From the NCBI GenBank assembly GCA_963792855.1, contig CAWBXZ010000001.1, positions 65,109 to 129,108 of the forward strand: 64,000 bases of DNA, written 5' to 3'. Shown one piece after another: positions 8,884 through 18,525 of this stretch; position 1 is the stretch's first letter, and the number at the start of each line of letters is the position of its first letter. Under the pieces are notes generated by a model. It saw nothing but the letters and a program-made list of their open reading frames with translations. It was not told where the DNA came from and did not search any database. The DNA comes from an uncultured beta proteobacterium. GTDB lineage: Bacteria; Pseudomonadota; Gammaproteobacteria; Burkholderiales; Eutrophovitaceae. A program made the position numbers and the translations under genes.

Positions 8884-9933
8884 ATGCCGCACCGCGACGA
8901 AAACGCCTGGCCATTATCGGCGCCGGCCCGGCCGGGTTGGCGGCGGCCTGGCGCTTGCGTGACGTCGCTGATATCGAAACGACGGTATTTGAAAAGAGCA
9001 AAGGCGTGTTTGGCCGTGCGGCCACACGCACCCGGCATGGTGCGCGGCTTGATCCGGGGGCAAATTATTTCCGGACCGACTTGCCCGAAATCGCGAAAAT
9101 GGTTCGTTCGGAATTGCCGTCCGATGATCTGGTCGAAATTCCCGGCGATATCGATGTGTTTGACCGATTTGGGACGATATCGGCCGGTGATCGATCCCTG
9201 AATGGCGAGACGAAGTGGACCTATCGCCACGGCATCAACACGCTTGGAAAGTTGCTGGCCGAAGCAGCGCAGTGCGAAATCGTGTTCGGTACCAGGGTCA
9301 GCGGTATACAGCGGAATTCGCGCTCACTGTTGTGGGAAGTGTTTGACGAAGGCAGCCGCGGATGCGGCGTTTTCGACACGATCCTGTTGGCCTTGCCGGC
9401 ACCGCAGGCAATTGCATTGCTGCCGGAGGACGCGTCTTTTGCTGCCGGCGCGCTGGCGCCGGCGACCTATCAGTCCCAGTGGAGTTTCACGTTCGCGTTT
9501 GACGGCGTTGTGAACCGATGGCCTGGCGACACGTATGCATTCATCAACAACGACCGGCGGCACGAGTTTGCCTGGGTCAGTCGCGAGAATGCCAAGCCCG
9601 GCCGCGTTGCCGGAAGGCCTGCTCGTTGTGATGGCGCAGATGCAGCCCGGCTGGTCGCTCCAAAGGTTCCATCATGGTGCCGGAGAACTCGCGCCGGAAG
9701 TCAGTAACGCCCTCGCAGAGTTTTTTGGGTGGCGCAGCGCAGCGTTTCGCTGGTTTGATTCACAGCGCTGGAAGTATTCGCTGCCAACCGGCCGGGCCGA
9801 TCCGGATCGGTTGCGCAGCATGGAGGCCACCGGCCTTTATGTTGCCGGTGACGCGGTGGTGGGAAAGGGTCGTGTTGCACTGGCGTTGCAGAGCGGGCTG
9901 GATGCCGCCGGGCGCATTCGGGACTCTGCCTGA
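8880..9933 (+). pseudogene. NAD(P)/FAD-dependent oxidoreductase (renalase/amine-oxidase-like), frame broken near 9600-9612
   Basis: It begins with the Rossmann motif RLAIIGAGPAGLAAAW. Track ORFs 8796..9707 and 9535..9933 are two frames of one protein: ...AWVSRENAKPGR then (A)LPEGLLVVMAQMQPGWS...GLYVAGDAVVGKGRVALALQSGLDAA. The downstream frame is the upstream frame +1, meaning one surplus base. Confidence 0.7.
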
Positions 9934-9963
9934 GACGAACGCTCGCGTTTCCCGGGCAAGCGC

Positions 9964-11262
9964 TTACTGCAGCATCGATTGCGGTATGAACAGTATGATC
10001 GCGGGAAACGCGAGCAGAATCGCCACGTTTACCAGGTCGACGGCGACGAACCAGCCGCAGCCGCGAAAGATGTTGCCGAGCGGAATGTCCGGCGCAACGC
10101 CTTTCAAAACGAACGCATTCAGCCCGACCGGCGGCGTGATCAATCCGATTTCGACCATTCGCACCACCAGTACCCCGAAGAATATCGGATCGAAGCCCAG
10201 CGCCGTGACGGCAGGCAATACGATCGGGATCGTGAGCAGCAGCATGCCGATGCCGTCGAGAAACATGCCCAGCACCAGGTACATGGCGAGTATGCCGATC
10301 AGTATCACGTAACGATTGACATCCAGGTCCAGCACCGTGTCGACCAGCGCCCCCGGCATGCCGCTGAAGGCCAGAAAGCGCACGAAGATCAGTACGCCAA
10401 CGATGATCGCGAACATCATTGCAGTGGTGCGGGCGGTTTCCAGCAGGGCTGTTTTCAGGTCACCGCGGCGCATGCGCGGCAAGGCCATTACGAACGCTCC
10501 GAGTGCGCCGATGCCCGCCGCTTCGGTGGGCGTGGCAAAACCGGTGTAGATGCCGCCGAGCACGATGAGAATCAGAACGAACATGCCCCAGGTGCCGCTC
10601 AGGGATCTGAACCGGTCCGGCCAGCTGACCGCGGGTATCGACGGGCCGAGTTCCGGGTTTGCGCGAAAGCGCAAATAGAGCATGACCGAGTAGCTGAGTG
10701 CCTGCAGAAGTCCCGGCAGGATGCCCGCCAACAGCAGTGCGCCGATCGATTGCTCGGCGATGAAGCCGTAGATCACCATGATGACGGAAGGCGGAATCAT
10801 GGTGGCGAGCGTTCCGCCCGCGGCAACACAACCCGCGGCGACTTTCTCGTCATAGCCGAAGCGTTTGAGTTCGGGTAGCGACACACGTCCCATGACGGCA
10901 GCGGAGGCAGTAGAGGCGCCGCACGCCGCTGCGAAACCGGCGCAGCCAAAAATCGTTGCGATTGCCAGTCCCCCCGGCAGTTGTCCCAGCCATTGGCGCG
11001 CCGTCCAGTAGATATTGCGGGTGATGCCCGCGTGATGGGCCAGGTAGCCCATCAGCACGAACAACGGCAGAACCAGCAATGAGTAATGCGAGGATTCGGA
11101 GTAGGGCATGAGGCCTGCAAGCCCGGCGGCGGGCTCATAGCCGCGCAGGGCCCACAATCCCGCAAGGCCGCACAGCGCTGTTGCGTACGCGATACGCATG
11201 CCGCTGACCAGTAGCAGCGAAACCGCGATGACGCCGATGATGCCTACGGTAACCGGATCCAT
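9964..11262 (-). CDS. TRAP transporter large permease subunit (DctM family)
   Basis: 432-aa polytopic membrane protein with a typical DctM sequence (MDPVTVGIIGVIAV...). It is adjacent to DctQ and DctP genes. Confidence 0.85.
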   Translation of the reverse strand: MDPVTVGIIGVIAVSLLLVSGMRIAYATALCGLAGLWALRGYEPAAGLAGLMPYSESSHYSLLVLPLFVLMGYLAHHAGITRNIYWTARQWLGQLPGGLAIATIFGCAGFAAACGASTASAAVMGRVSLPELKRFGYDEKVAAGCVAAGGTLATMIPPSVIMVIYGFIAEQSIGALLLAGILPGLLQALSYSVMLYLRFRANPELGPSIPAVSWPDRFRSLSGTWGMFVLILIVLGGIYTGFATPTEAAGIGALGAFVMALPRMRRGDLKTALLETARTTAMMFAIIVGVLIFVRFLAFSGMPGALVDTVLDLDVNRYVILIGILAMYLVLGMFLDGIGMLLLTIPIVLPAVTALGFDPIFFGVLVVRMVEIGLITPPVGLNAFVLKGVAPDIPLGNIFRGCGWFVAVDLVNVAILLAFPAIILFIPQSMLQ

Positions 11263-11280
11263 GTTGGCTGACCTTTTTGC

Positions 11281-11874
11281 CTATTCGGCCCGGCTCGCCG
11301 AGGCAAGACCGGGTTCGGTTGCCGGGAGCAATTTCGGAAAGAGCAAGTGCAGCACCTCAAGGTAGATGCGCAAGGTGGTCAGAAAAATTCCGATCGGTAC
11401 CATTGCTGCGGCAGGCCAGATCGGAAAATACGGCGGTGACATGGTGACGTCATGGAACTGCCAGGTTCGGTACGCGTATTTCGTGCTGTAGAAAAACAGT
11501 ACTGCGTATACCGCGATGGCGAGCAGCTTTACGACGATTTCCGTGACGTGGCGCCAGGCTGGCGGCATATGGTCTATGACGATCGTCATGCGCACATGCC
11601 CGCCAGTGGATTGTGTATAGGCTATGGCAAGAAAAATAATCGGCGGCATCAGCAATTCTCCCAGCTCCAGTTGACCCGGTATCGGAGTGTTGAAGAACTT
11701 GCGGCTGATGACTTCGGCGGAAACCAATAGCATCGTGAACAGAATCAGCGTGGCGGAGACGAGGCTCAGCGCATTCTCGATGCGCCAGGCGATGCGGTTG
11801 ATCGGTCGCACTGCCAGCGCAACGAGCGCGCCAACGACGACAACACCGATGGACAGGCCAAGTAACTCGCTCAT
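11281..11874 (-). CDS. TRAP transporter small permease subunit (DctQ family)
   Basis: Four-TM small protein between dctP and dctM. The start MSELLGLSIGVVVVG at 11874 overlaps the dctP stop by 12 nt. Confidence 0.75.
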   Translation of the reverse strand: MSELLGLSIGVVVVGALVALAVRPINRIAWRIENALSLVSATLILFTMLLVSAEVISRKFFNTPIPGQLELGELLMPPIIFLAIAYTQSTGGHVRMTIVIDHMPPAWRHVTEIVVKLLAIAVYAVLFFYSTKYAYRTWQFHDVTMSPPYFPIWPAAAMVPIGIFLTTLRIYLEVLHLLFPKLLPATEPGLASASRAE

Positions 11875-11884
11875 GAGCGCAGGT

Positions 11885-12949
11885 TCAGCGGGGCGCGCTG
11901 AATTTCGCAACCTGTTCCATTGTGAACTGCAGGATTTCGCTTCCCTTCAATCCCCTGCTGTCCTGTTGCTTTGCCCACTCGGTCCATAGCGGCCTGGCGG
12001 CAGCGACCATTCTGGCCCGGTCTTGCGGAGGGAACCGGACGATCTCCAGCTTTTCCTCGAAGATAGGCAGCCACTTGCTGTCGGCTTCATCGAAGGCTTC
12101 GAAGGATGCCAGCGTCGCCTGTTCGCGCACCTGCGGCAACATTGCCTTGAGATCCTCCGGCATACGGTTCCACGCGTCCAGCGAAACAAGGTTGACGCAG
12201 GCAAACCCGCTCATCGAAATGCCCAGCGTTGCGTAACTGGAGACCTCGTAGAGACGGAACGCGCCGAACGAATCGGTCCACGGGAACCCGGTCAGGTCGA
12301 TTGTGCCGCGCTCGAGGGCCGTGTACGACTCGGGGGCAGTGACCATCGTCGGCACGGCGCCGAATTTCTCCAGCACCGTGGCATTTGCACCGGAGATGCG
12401 CATGCGTGTGCCTTTCAAGTCTTCCAGACCGGCAACCCGTTTGTTGCCCATGAACTCATAGACGCCGAGCGCGGCGACCATCAGGTATTTCGCATTCCAG
12501 CGTGAGGCCAGTTCCTCGGTAATCAGGGGGTGTTGCATGACTGCATCGGTCACAGCGGTATTGACACGCATGTCGTCGCTCAGCAGGAAAGGCAGTTCCA
12601 GTACCTGCGCCAGAGGTGTCTTGTTTGGCCCGTAGCCGACACACACGTGCGCGCCGTCGATCAGGCCGAGCTTGATGCTGTCAAGATTCTCTTTCTCCGG
12701 CGACAGGGCGCTGCCGTAGTTGATATCCAGTTCGAATCGTCCGTTGCCTGCCGCTTCCCACAGCGCTTTCGCTTTCTCGATGCCATAGGTAAACGCGCGC
12801 GGCGGCCCCCACAACGAGTACTTCCAGATAACCTTGCCGTGCGCGTCGGGAGCCGAGTCCGGTTCGCCCCGCATGAACAGGAAAGCCATCGCGGCGCCAA
12901 GCAGGATGAGCACTGCAGCAACACTTTTCAACAGGGTGTTCGCCCGCAT
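11885..12949 (-). CDS. TRAP transporter substrate-binding protein (DctP family)
   Basis: 354 aa with a signal/anchor (LKSVAAVLILLGAAMAF) and periplasmic-binding-protein-like composition. It is first in the P-Q-M order. Confidence 0.8.
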   Translation of the reverse strand: MRANTLLKSVAAVLILLGAAMAFLFMRGEPDSAPDAHGKVIWKYSLWGPPRAFTYGIEKAKALWEAAGNGRFELDINYGSALSPEKENLDSIKLGLIDGAHVCVGYGPNKTPLAQVLELPFLLSDDMRVNTAVTDAVMQHPLITEELASRWNAKYLMVAALGVYEFMGNKRVAGLEDLKGTRMRISGANATVLEKFGAVPTMVTAPESYTALERGTIDLTGFPWTDSFGAFRLYEVSSYATLGISMSGFACVNLVSLDAWNRMPEDLKAMLPQVREQATLASFEAFDEADSKWLPIFEEKLEIVRFPPQDRARMVAAARPLWTEWAKQQDSRGLKGSEILQFTMEQVAKFSAPR

Positions 12950-13335
12950 CTTGGAACGCAGCCTCGCTCGGAAGTGGAACGCCTAACCTACCACATGGTC
13001 CAGCGCAATTGTTGGAACGGCGGCCATCCCGGAATTCTCAACGGGCATTGCGCTGCACCGTACGCGCACACGCGGTGGCTGGGTAATGGCAGGGTGGCGC
13101 CGCACGTTGTTGTGCAATCCTGTGGGGCTGGCCGAAACAAAACGGGGCAAACGAACGCAAAAGAGCTTAGTATGGAGGGCACTGCAACATACCGAGGCCC
13201 GCGCGGCCAAATGGTTCACGCCATACGGGTTGCTGGCGCGGCCGGGAAGACTGCCTGCCATGGAGTTTGGCGGTGATGTCGTTGACCGGAGTTGTTGAGC
13301 TCGCGCCGGAAGCGGCCGACTAGAGGTGATATTCA

Positions 13336-13671
13336 ATGGACGAAAAGATTACGGCAATACGCAAGGCCTTGAGCAAGAATTTCAACTCGGCTCCGGTCAA
13401 GTACGTGGACGGAGAGGGATGCCATCATTTCAATCTCGAACTGCCGCGCGTGACGCACCGTGTGAATTTTTCGCTTGAAGTGGTTGATCGGCATGATGCC
13501 GTCAGTTTCAAGCGGCTTTGCAAAGGCGTTGCAACCTACCTGAAGCGTAATCCGACCGGCAAGCCGAGGCAGGTGTTGCTGACGAAAACCGGGATTGTCG
13601 AGGAAGAGTTTGAAACGGACGCCGATTCGGCCGACGAGGCGGCTTCCGAGCATTCGACCGCGACGCAATAG
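13336..13671 (+). CDS. Hypothetical protein (111 aa), acidic C-terminus
   Basis: ATG preceded by AGAGGTGA. The amino-acid composition is balanced, unlike shadow ORFs. I recognise no family. Confidence 0.45.
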   Translation: MDEKITAIRKALSKNFNSAPVKYVDGEGCHHFNLELPRVTHRVNFSLEVVDRHDAVSFKRLCKGVATYLKRNPTGKPRQVLLTKTGIVEEEFETDADSADEAASEHSTATQ

Positions 13672-13727
13672 TCGCGACGCCCTGGTGCTCCCGTTGCGTT
13701 CGGCCTGAGCGTACAGATACTTTGAAA

Positions 13728-14063
13728 ATGCAGGGTGAACCCGTTAGCGACAGCGCGGGCATCGCGTGTGATTCATGCCGCGCGTGTTGTTGCCGGCTCG
13801 AGGTCATCCTGATGGCTGAAGACGATGTGCCGGCGCAACTGGTGGAAACGAACCGCTGGGGTGGAGAGGTCATGGCGCGGTCTGCGGATGGTTGGTGCGC
13901 CGCGCTCGACAGGGGCACGTTGCTGTGTCGAATTTACCAGCGCAGACCCGCAATCTGCCGTGAGTTCGCTGTCGGCTCGGGCGAATGCCTGACAGAGCGG
14001 CTGACGATGAAAGCCGTTGCCGGTGCCGGTAACGAGGGCGCCGAGCCTGCAGCAGCGCGGTAA
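13728..14063 (+). CDS. YkgJ-family cysteine-cluster protein (UPF0153, Zn/Fe-chelating)
   Basis: The CDSCRACCC motif (CxxCxxCC) plus a downstream WCAALD...LCRIYQRRPAICREF pattern indicate the family. Confidence 0.7.
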   Translation: MQGEPVSDSAGIACDSCRACCCRLEVILMAEDDVPAQLVETNRWGGEVMARSADGWCAALDRGTLLCRIYQRRPAICREFAVGSGECLTERLTMKAVAGAGNEGAEPAAAR

Positions 14064-14105
14064 AGGAGGCCGGCGAGTCCGGCCTCACAACGTCCGGGCC
14101 CGGAT

Positions 14106-15407
14106 TCAATCGGGTCTGCTGCCCAGGTCGAGAATCTGAATTTCGGAGATGTCCGCCGGCTGCGCAGACAAGAACAGCACAACTCGCAAACCGTCGGTGA
14201 AATAGGGGTCGCCGGTGAGATTGCCCCGTGGCTGGTCGTAGGGTGCCGCGCCGACGCCCGCAACATATCCGAGACCGGCAAGCGATTGTGCATAGGCCAG
14301 ATCTTCAACGAGATACTCCCGCGTTTCGTCCACGTCCGGGTCAATTTTGTGCGTGGTGATCGTCCTCCAGGTGAACCGCACGCCGATGTCGCGGCTGATC
14401 TGGCCAATCCAGACCGGCACACCCTGGTAGCGCATTGGCGTCATCCACAAACGAAGATGATTTCGCTGATGAATGTCGGCGCGGGCTTTCTGCAGCGCGG
14501 CGTCCTGCGCGCGGCCGAAAACATAGAGTGCGCTGACCGGTGAATATCGATAGTCGCTGCCTGTCAGTGCCGAGCCCAGAGTCTTTAACAACGATGCCCG
14601 GTAAATTGTCTCGGTTTCGTCCCATCCGGCGCGCATGAACGCGTAATAGACATCTTTCAGGTTGCCGACAACCGCAATGTTCAGCGGGTCGCCAGTGTCC
14701 TCACCGCTCTCATCGGTCGTGCAGCATGGCAGCGACTCGAGTGCTTTGATGAGACCGTCGCGGTCCACTTCGTGTATTTCGTCCTCGTTGTACAAATTCG
14801 CCCAGTCGACGTCGTAATGATCGAGACGCAGGCCGGGCACCGGCACGAAGAACGTCATGACGTAGTGGCGGCCGTCTTCGCCGAATACGTCGACGTTGAA
14901 GGACTTCGTGCCTTCGTCTACGCGGCTGAATACGTAACCGGATCTGACGCCGCCAGCTTCGACGCGAAGGCGCATGCTGCTGTCGTAGATATTTCGATTG
15001 GCGCTGGAATTGAGATTGAGAATACGGTTTTGCCGACGATAGCCGGTTTCGATCGGCGTGAAGTAGGCAGGATCGAGCCCGACCGGAAGGAAAAACAGGT
15101 TCGCTTCGCTGAGGTTCTCGACCTGTATCCACACCGGCTGGATGTTGCTGGCGTACAGATCGGCGCCAAAGATGGCTTGGGTTTCGGCGGCACTCGGGAC
15201 GGCAGTCGTGACGCGCACATCCTTTATCAACGTTTCGTGCAGGCGTTCGTTGGGCGGCGGCACATGGCCGCGATCCCGTCCGACATCCTGCTGTGCTGAC
15301 ACGGGCGCGGCAAGCGACAACAACACGCCGATGAGCAGCGCGCCGCGCCACAGCGCGAGCAGGCGCAGCGATCGCAAGGGCAGGGCAATCATGATCGTTC
15401 GGGTCAT
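14106..15407 (-). CDS. Secreted LssY_C-domain protein, paralogue 1
   Basis: 433 aa with a Sec signal (...LLSLAAPVSAQQD). The C-terminal half carries GDPLNIAVVG...FMRAGWDETE...RNHLRLW...VWIGQISRDIG, which I recognise as LssY C-terminal domain-like. It is alignable full-length with the upstream gene. Confidence 0.6.
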   Translation of the reverse strand: MTRTIMIALPLRSLRLLALWRGALLIGVLLSLAAPVSAQQDVGRDRGHVPPPNERLHETLIKDVRVTTAVPSAAETQAIFGADLYASNIQPVWIQVENLSEANLFFLPVGLDPAYFTPIETGYRRQNRILNLNSSANRNIYDSSMRLRVEAGGVRSGYVFSRVDEGTKSFNVDVFGEDGRHYVMTFFVPVPGLRLDHYDVDWANLYNEDEIHEVDRDGLIKALESLPCCTTDESGEDTGDPLNIAVVGNLKDVYYAFMRAGWDETETIYRASLLKTLGSALTGSDYRYSPVSALYVFGRAQDAALQKARADIHQRNHLRLWMTPMRYQGVPVWIGQISRDIGVRFTWRTITTHKIDPDVDETREYLVEDLAYAQSLAGLGYVAGVGAAPYDQPRGNLTGDPYFTDGLRVVLFLSAQPADISEIQILDLGSRPD

Positions 15408-15417
15408 CGGCGCGTCG

Positions 15418-16617
15418 TCATTCCGTGATAACAGCTCTCCAGGGCAGAACGTCCGTCTCGTCCATCGCCACCGGGCTTTCGGAAACGAACAGAACCACGC
15501 GCTGGCCGTTGGTGAAGTATTCCGCGCCTTCGAAATTGCGTACCGGTGCGGTTATCGAGGACTGCGGCACACCGCCGACGCTGGCCAGTGCCGCGAGAGA
15601 CTGGCTGTACCAGAAGTTTTGCATCAGGAAATCGCGCGCATTGTCGATATCGGGGTCCATCCGGTGGTTCTCGAAGGCTTTCACGCCAAGCGCGCCGGCC
15701 ATTTCGTAACTCACCTGCCCGATCCACACTTGCGTGTCATTTACCAGCAAGGGTGCCAGCCACAATCGCAATTCCTTGCGTTCGCTGCCATCGGGCCGTG
15801 ATTTGAAAAATGTGCCGTCAGGCGGCCGGCCAAGGTACCGATGGGTGCGTGCCACGGCGGTTTCCGGGGCATTGGCCGCAGTCTCCAGCCATTGTGCACG
15901 CAGCAGAGAACGCCGGACCGCGATCGGAGTGCCAACGATCACGACGTTCAGCGGATCACCCAGGCTGTCGCCGCTGGCGTTCAGGCTGCAACAGGGAACC
16001 GATTCGAGGGTCTCGCGCAGGTTGGCTGTGTTCACCCGGACAATGTCGCTTTCCTCATACAGTGCCCGAAAGTCGACACTCATGTAGTCGGCAAAAAATC
16101 CTGGAATGGGTACAAAAAAAGTGAAATTGTGCGACCTCTCCGATGAATAGACATCGAAGTTAAAGCCCTTCGTGCCCTGGGCCAGATGGGTGAACACGAA
16201 ACCGGAGCGTGTTTCGCCCGCCGGAACCCTTCTCGGCAACTGGTTCTCGAAGAACCAGCGTTCCATGTCGGCACGACCCTGTTTGTTGAACCGCTTGCGG
16301 TACTTCCAGGCAACCTCCATTGGTGAGAAGTAGTCCGCGTCAATGCTGCGAACGGCGGTTCGCACCGGTCGTTCGCCAAGGTTGGTCACTTCAAGCCACA
16401 CGGGCTGGATGCCCTGCTGGTAAAGATCGAGCCCGGTCAGGGCAAGCGTTTCCGTCGCGTCGGGTACGGCAGCCGCGACACGAACGCCTTGTTGCGTCTG
16501 TACCACCGCCCGTTCGATAAAACCGGCTTGCTCCACGGGTATCGCAACGAATGGCCGGGTCGCGCAACCGGTAAGCACTGCAAGGACAACGACGAACAGA
16601 AAAATGGAGTGTTGCAT
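15418..16617 (-). CDS. LssY_C-domain lipoprotein, paralogue 2
   Basis: The start MQHSIFLFVVVLAVLTGCATRP carries a lipobox (LTGC). It shares motifs with paralogue 1: QPVWLEV, TRSGFVF, TFFVPIPG, LESVPCC, GDPLNVVIVG, LRLW, VWIGQVS. A 10-bp gap separates it from the downstream paralogue. Confidence 0.6.
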   Translation of the reverse strand: MQHSIFLFVVVLAVLTGCATRPFVAIPVEQAGFIERAVVQTQQGVRVAAAVPDATETLALTGLDLYQQGIQPVWLEVTNLGERPVRTAVRSIDADYFSPMEVAWKYRKRFNKQGRADMERWFFENQLPRRVPAGETRSGFVFTHLAQGTKGFNFDVYSSERSHNFTFFVPIPGFFADYMSVDFRALYEESDIVRVNTANLRETLESVPCCSLNASGDSLGDPLNVVIVGTPIAVRRSLLRAQWLETAANAPETAVARTHRYLGRPPDGTFFKSRPDGSERKELRLWLAPLLVNDTQVWIGQVSYEMAGALGVKAFENHRMDPDIDNARDFLMQNFWYSQSLAALASVGGVPQSSITAPVRNFEGAEYFTNGQRVVLFVSESPVAMDETDVLPWRAVITE

Positions 16618-16980
16618 TTCGGATGCGGAATATTCCGAGCCAGACCCTTGCGGGAGAAGATTTGCGATCACAATGGCCTATTGTGCCTGATGAGAAGTCA
16701 GTTAGACATCGCGAAAGCGCGCGTTCGCGGACCGCATCACGCAGGGCGAGTCCGTGCCGGTACCGCGTTCAAAGCGCGGGGTGGTTTGCCGGATCAGGGA
16801 ATGAAGGGGCATCGGACATGGCTACCGTGTATGGTCGCGGCACGCAGACTACAATGGCAGGGTCAGTCCAAAGTGCCACAGGCGCACCGGCATTGAAATG
16901 TTGCCGCCACTTTGCGCATATGCATTGAAACGGAAGCAGATCCCGACGATGGCAGTGAAGAAAATGGAGCCCCTTGCCGC

Positions 16981-18336
16981 ATGAACTGGAACGTCCTGTC
17001 GTTTCGCGAATCGCTCGACGAATTTATCTGGCGCACTCCGGTGCCGCCACGGCCGCAGATCGAGCGACGCATTGCGCACTTCATGCGGCTGGTGATCGTG
17101 CTGGCGCGCGATCTCGCGCAAGGTCAGCTTACCTTGCGGGCAATGGGGCTGGTCTACACGACGCTGTTGTCGATTGTGCCCTTGCTGGCGATCAGTTTTT
17201 CGGTGCTCAAGGCGTTCGGTGTCTACAACCAGATCCGGCCGTTGCTGTTGAAGTTTCTCGAACCGCTAGGGGAGAATGGTATCGAGATTACCGGGCGCAT
17301 CATGCAGTTCATCGAGAACATCAATGGCGGGGTTCTGGGCTCGGTGGGGCTGGCGTTGCTTCTGTATACCTCGGTCTCTCTGGTGCAGAAAGTCGAGGAG
17401 TCGAGCAACTACATCTGGCACGTTGATCGCGGCCGGGGGTTTGGCGAGCGATTCAGCCGTTATTTGTCGGCGCTCCTGGTCGGTCCGTTGCTGGTGTTCT
17501 CCGCCATCGGCATCAGCGCGGCGGTGGCCGGACTGGACGTGGTTCGAGACGCCATGCAGTTTGAGCCGATCGGCTGGGTGGCCTACCAGGTGGGCCGTCT
17601 GCTGCCTTACGTGCTGGTGATAGGCGCCTTTACCTTTGTTTATACGTTTATTCCCAACACCAAGGTGCGAATCGGACCCGCTCTTGCCGGAGGTGTGGTT
17701 GGCGGCATCGTCTGGCAGTCTGCGGCCTGGGGTTTCGCCCGTTTCGCGGCCTCGTCCACCAATTATTCGGCGATCTATTCCGGTTTTGCCATCCTGATTC
17801 TGTTCATGTTGTGGCTGTATCTGAACTGGCTGATACTGCTGTTCGGCTCCAGCGTCGCTTTCTATGTGCAACACCCTGAGTATCTGGTGAGGGTGTCGGG
17901 CGAGTTGCGCCTGTCCAACCGCATGCGCGAACACCTGGCACTGGTGGTCATGGTGATGATTGGCGGCCGTCATGTACAAGGGCAACCACCCTGGACTACC
18001 GCTGCGCTTGCGCGCGAGTTGCGTATGCCGATGCGCGCAATAGACGAGGTCGTGCGGCCACTGGAGGCGCGCGGCATTCTTGCTGCCACGGGTGATGCGC
18101 CTCCGGGCTGGTTGCCATTGCGCGATCTGCATGAGGTGAGCGCCAAGGAACTGCTGGACACCGTGCGTGCCGCAGGTGAGGATGAGCACATGAGCCTGGA
18201 CCTGCTGCCCGAGGCCGCGCCAGTCAGGGAGTTGCTTCACAGATTCGACGAAGCGCATGCGGCAGCACTGCAAGAGGTCTCGGTCAACGATCTGGTGGCG
18301 CAGTTACCAGAGGACAAGCAGGTTGGCGAGGCGTAG
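16981..18336 (+). CDS. YihY/BrkB-family inner-membrane protein with C-terminal soluble extension
   Basis: LRAMGLVYTTLLSIVPLLAISFSVLKAFG... and six TM segments are typical of YihY. The last ~120 aa look like a wHTH-type domain. Confidence 0.75.
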   Translation: MNWNVLSFRESLDEFIWRTPVPPRPQIERRIAHFMRLVIVLARDLAQGQLTLRAMGLVYTTLLSIVPLLAISFSVLKAFGVYNQIRPLLLKFLEPLGENGIEITGRIMQFIENINGGVLGSVGLALLLYTSVSLVQKVEESSNYIWHVDRGRGFGERFSRYLSALLVGPLLVFSAIGISAAVAGLDVVRDAMQFEPIGWVAYQVGRLLPYVLVIGAFTFVYTFIPNTKVRIGPALAGGVVGGIVWQSAAWGFARFAASSTNYSAIYSGFAILILFMLWLYLNWLILLFGSSVAFYVQHPEYLVRVSGELRLSNRMREHLALVVMVMIGGRHVQGQPPWTTAALARELRMPMRAIDEVVRPLEARGILAATGDAPPGWLPLRDLHEVSAKELLDTVRAAGEDEHMSLDLLPEAAPVRELLHRFDEAHAAALQEVSVNDLVAQLPEDKQVGEA

Positions 18337-18525
18337 ACGGCCGTTTGGTGCAGCGACATTGTTGGTGCGCCGACATTGAAGGAGGGCGCGATTGCTCCGG
18401 CTCGAACCCGTTTCGTAGAACCGGATGGGGGTTCAGCCGCAAGATGTGCAGCGCACGGTACCCTGTGGACGTCGGCTGCCCGACCCTGATCGTTCGAATT
18501 AAACCGCGTAAGCCTTTTATATGTA

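Noticed and set aside
16669-16685. Inverted repeat CACAAT-GGCCT-ATTGTG in the LssY/YihY divergent spacer as an operator
   Set aside because: A 6-bp inverted repeat with a free spacer length is expected about once by chance in a 360-bp region. There is no second copy or supporting feature.
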